A stretch of DNA of 64,000 bases from Tubulanus polymorphus (lineage: Eukaryota; Animalia; Nemertea), in contig NC_134035.1 of assembly GCF_964204645.1 (NCBI RefSeq), positions 2,790,001 to 2,854,000 on the forward strand. The letters are read 5' to 3'. Shown here one piece after another: positions 63,035 to 64,000 of this stretch. The number at the start of each line of letters is the position of its first letter. Position 1 is the first letter of the stretch. Both the position numbers and the translations under genes were made by a program. The notes beneath the pieces were generated by a model. It made no database searches. It had not been told where the DNA came from and saw only the letters and a program-made list of their open reading frames with translations.

Positions 63035-64000
63035 GCTTAATAATTACTAAGGAAAACTCCTGAGCAATAGGAAAATACATAGATTCTATCGCTGAATAGC
63101 TTAATCGACAGTGATGTCATTTCAATAGAATACAATGATTTGGGCAGAGGCATTTTGACGCTGGATAATTCATCATCAAACTCATGTACTGAAGTTGAAT
63201 TCAAGCGAGAGAATAAGAAAAAAAACATCGCGGAAGAAACATTTCAACTGCCGGAAACCGACTTACTTACGAAGAGGTTTGTGCGGGGCTTGAGGGAAGA
63301 GGAATAATGATTAAAACTAATCGAAGTCCCTCATCGCGCCGAGAAAGGCTGAAATCTGACGTATTCATACGATACCCAATTACGGCGAGTTATTTAAGGA
63401 TGACTTGGGGACCTTAGGGGGGCGGGGGGATAGTTCATTAGAGCCATCTACGTACGCACATGTATACACAGGGGCAGATCGTATCGAAAAGGACTAATTT
63501 TGTAGAAGTATTTTACAGCATTTCCAAGTAGAAAAGTGTCCTTATCCCGCCAATTATTGTTTGAAGATCCCACATAACAGTTAACAGTTAAAGACTTCAT
63601 TCAGAGAAAGCATTTCAGGGTCCTTTGCCAAAAGAAGCCCTGGATTTGTGCTGGATATAATAAGACAAAAGTGAAATTCTTTGAAATGAAACGTCCAAAT
63701 GTTCTGTTTTCACTATAGAGACCTTCACCTTCACCACAACTTTAGGCATGATCACACAGAGACGTTTTCACACGGAGTCAAATTTGACCCGCGTCTCATT
63801 AGAAAGCACGTTCACACTCGTTAGTAAAATACTATCAAAATGATGCTGTGGCAAGTGAGGTCAATAACTTCCAGAACCATTTAGCATTAACATACAATAA
63901 TTCGACCTATGCTCAAATTTGGTACATGCCTGGTCCAACGATTTTGGTCCGCCCATATTTGCCCTGTACCAAAAACCCTCGTGCGCGGCTAGATACGACA

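Overview
Animal genomic DNA with GT-AG introns, AT-rich and MITE-rich. It is most likely from a lophotrochozoan invertebrate (annelid/nemertean/brachiopod-type, inferred from the DH31 peptide sequence). Three protein-coding genes are supported. (1) An intronless class A peptide-receptor-like GPCR (+, 7689-8648). (2) A spliced DH31/calcitonin-family neuropeptide precursor (+, CDS 19180-20706, 104 aa, 4 coding exons) that the ORF track largely misses; the predicted mature peptide is DFDGGYGSRFASASNYGNKLMALQAATDWQGP-amide. (3) A large liprin-beta (PPFIBP) gene (-, 21 hand-assembled coding exons, 62478 to 24161, about 914 aa, coiled coil + 3 SAM domains + C-terminal SNV) lying tail-to-tail with the DH31 gene. 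The rest is MITEs of several families, a LINE 3' remnant, Helentron-like elements and minisatellites, some with higher-order structure. Highlights: the hidden neuropeptide gene; its adjacency to liprin-beta, which mirrors the vertebrate PPFIBP/calcitonin-family paralogon; and a cluster of frame-preserving candidate cassette/micro-exons in one liprin-beta intron. Exon models were assembled by eye, without transcript data.
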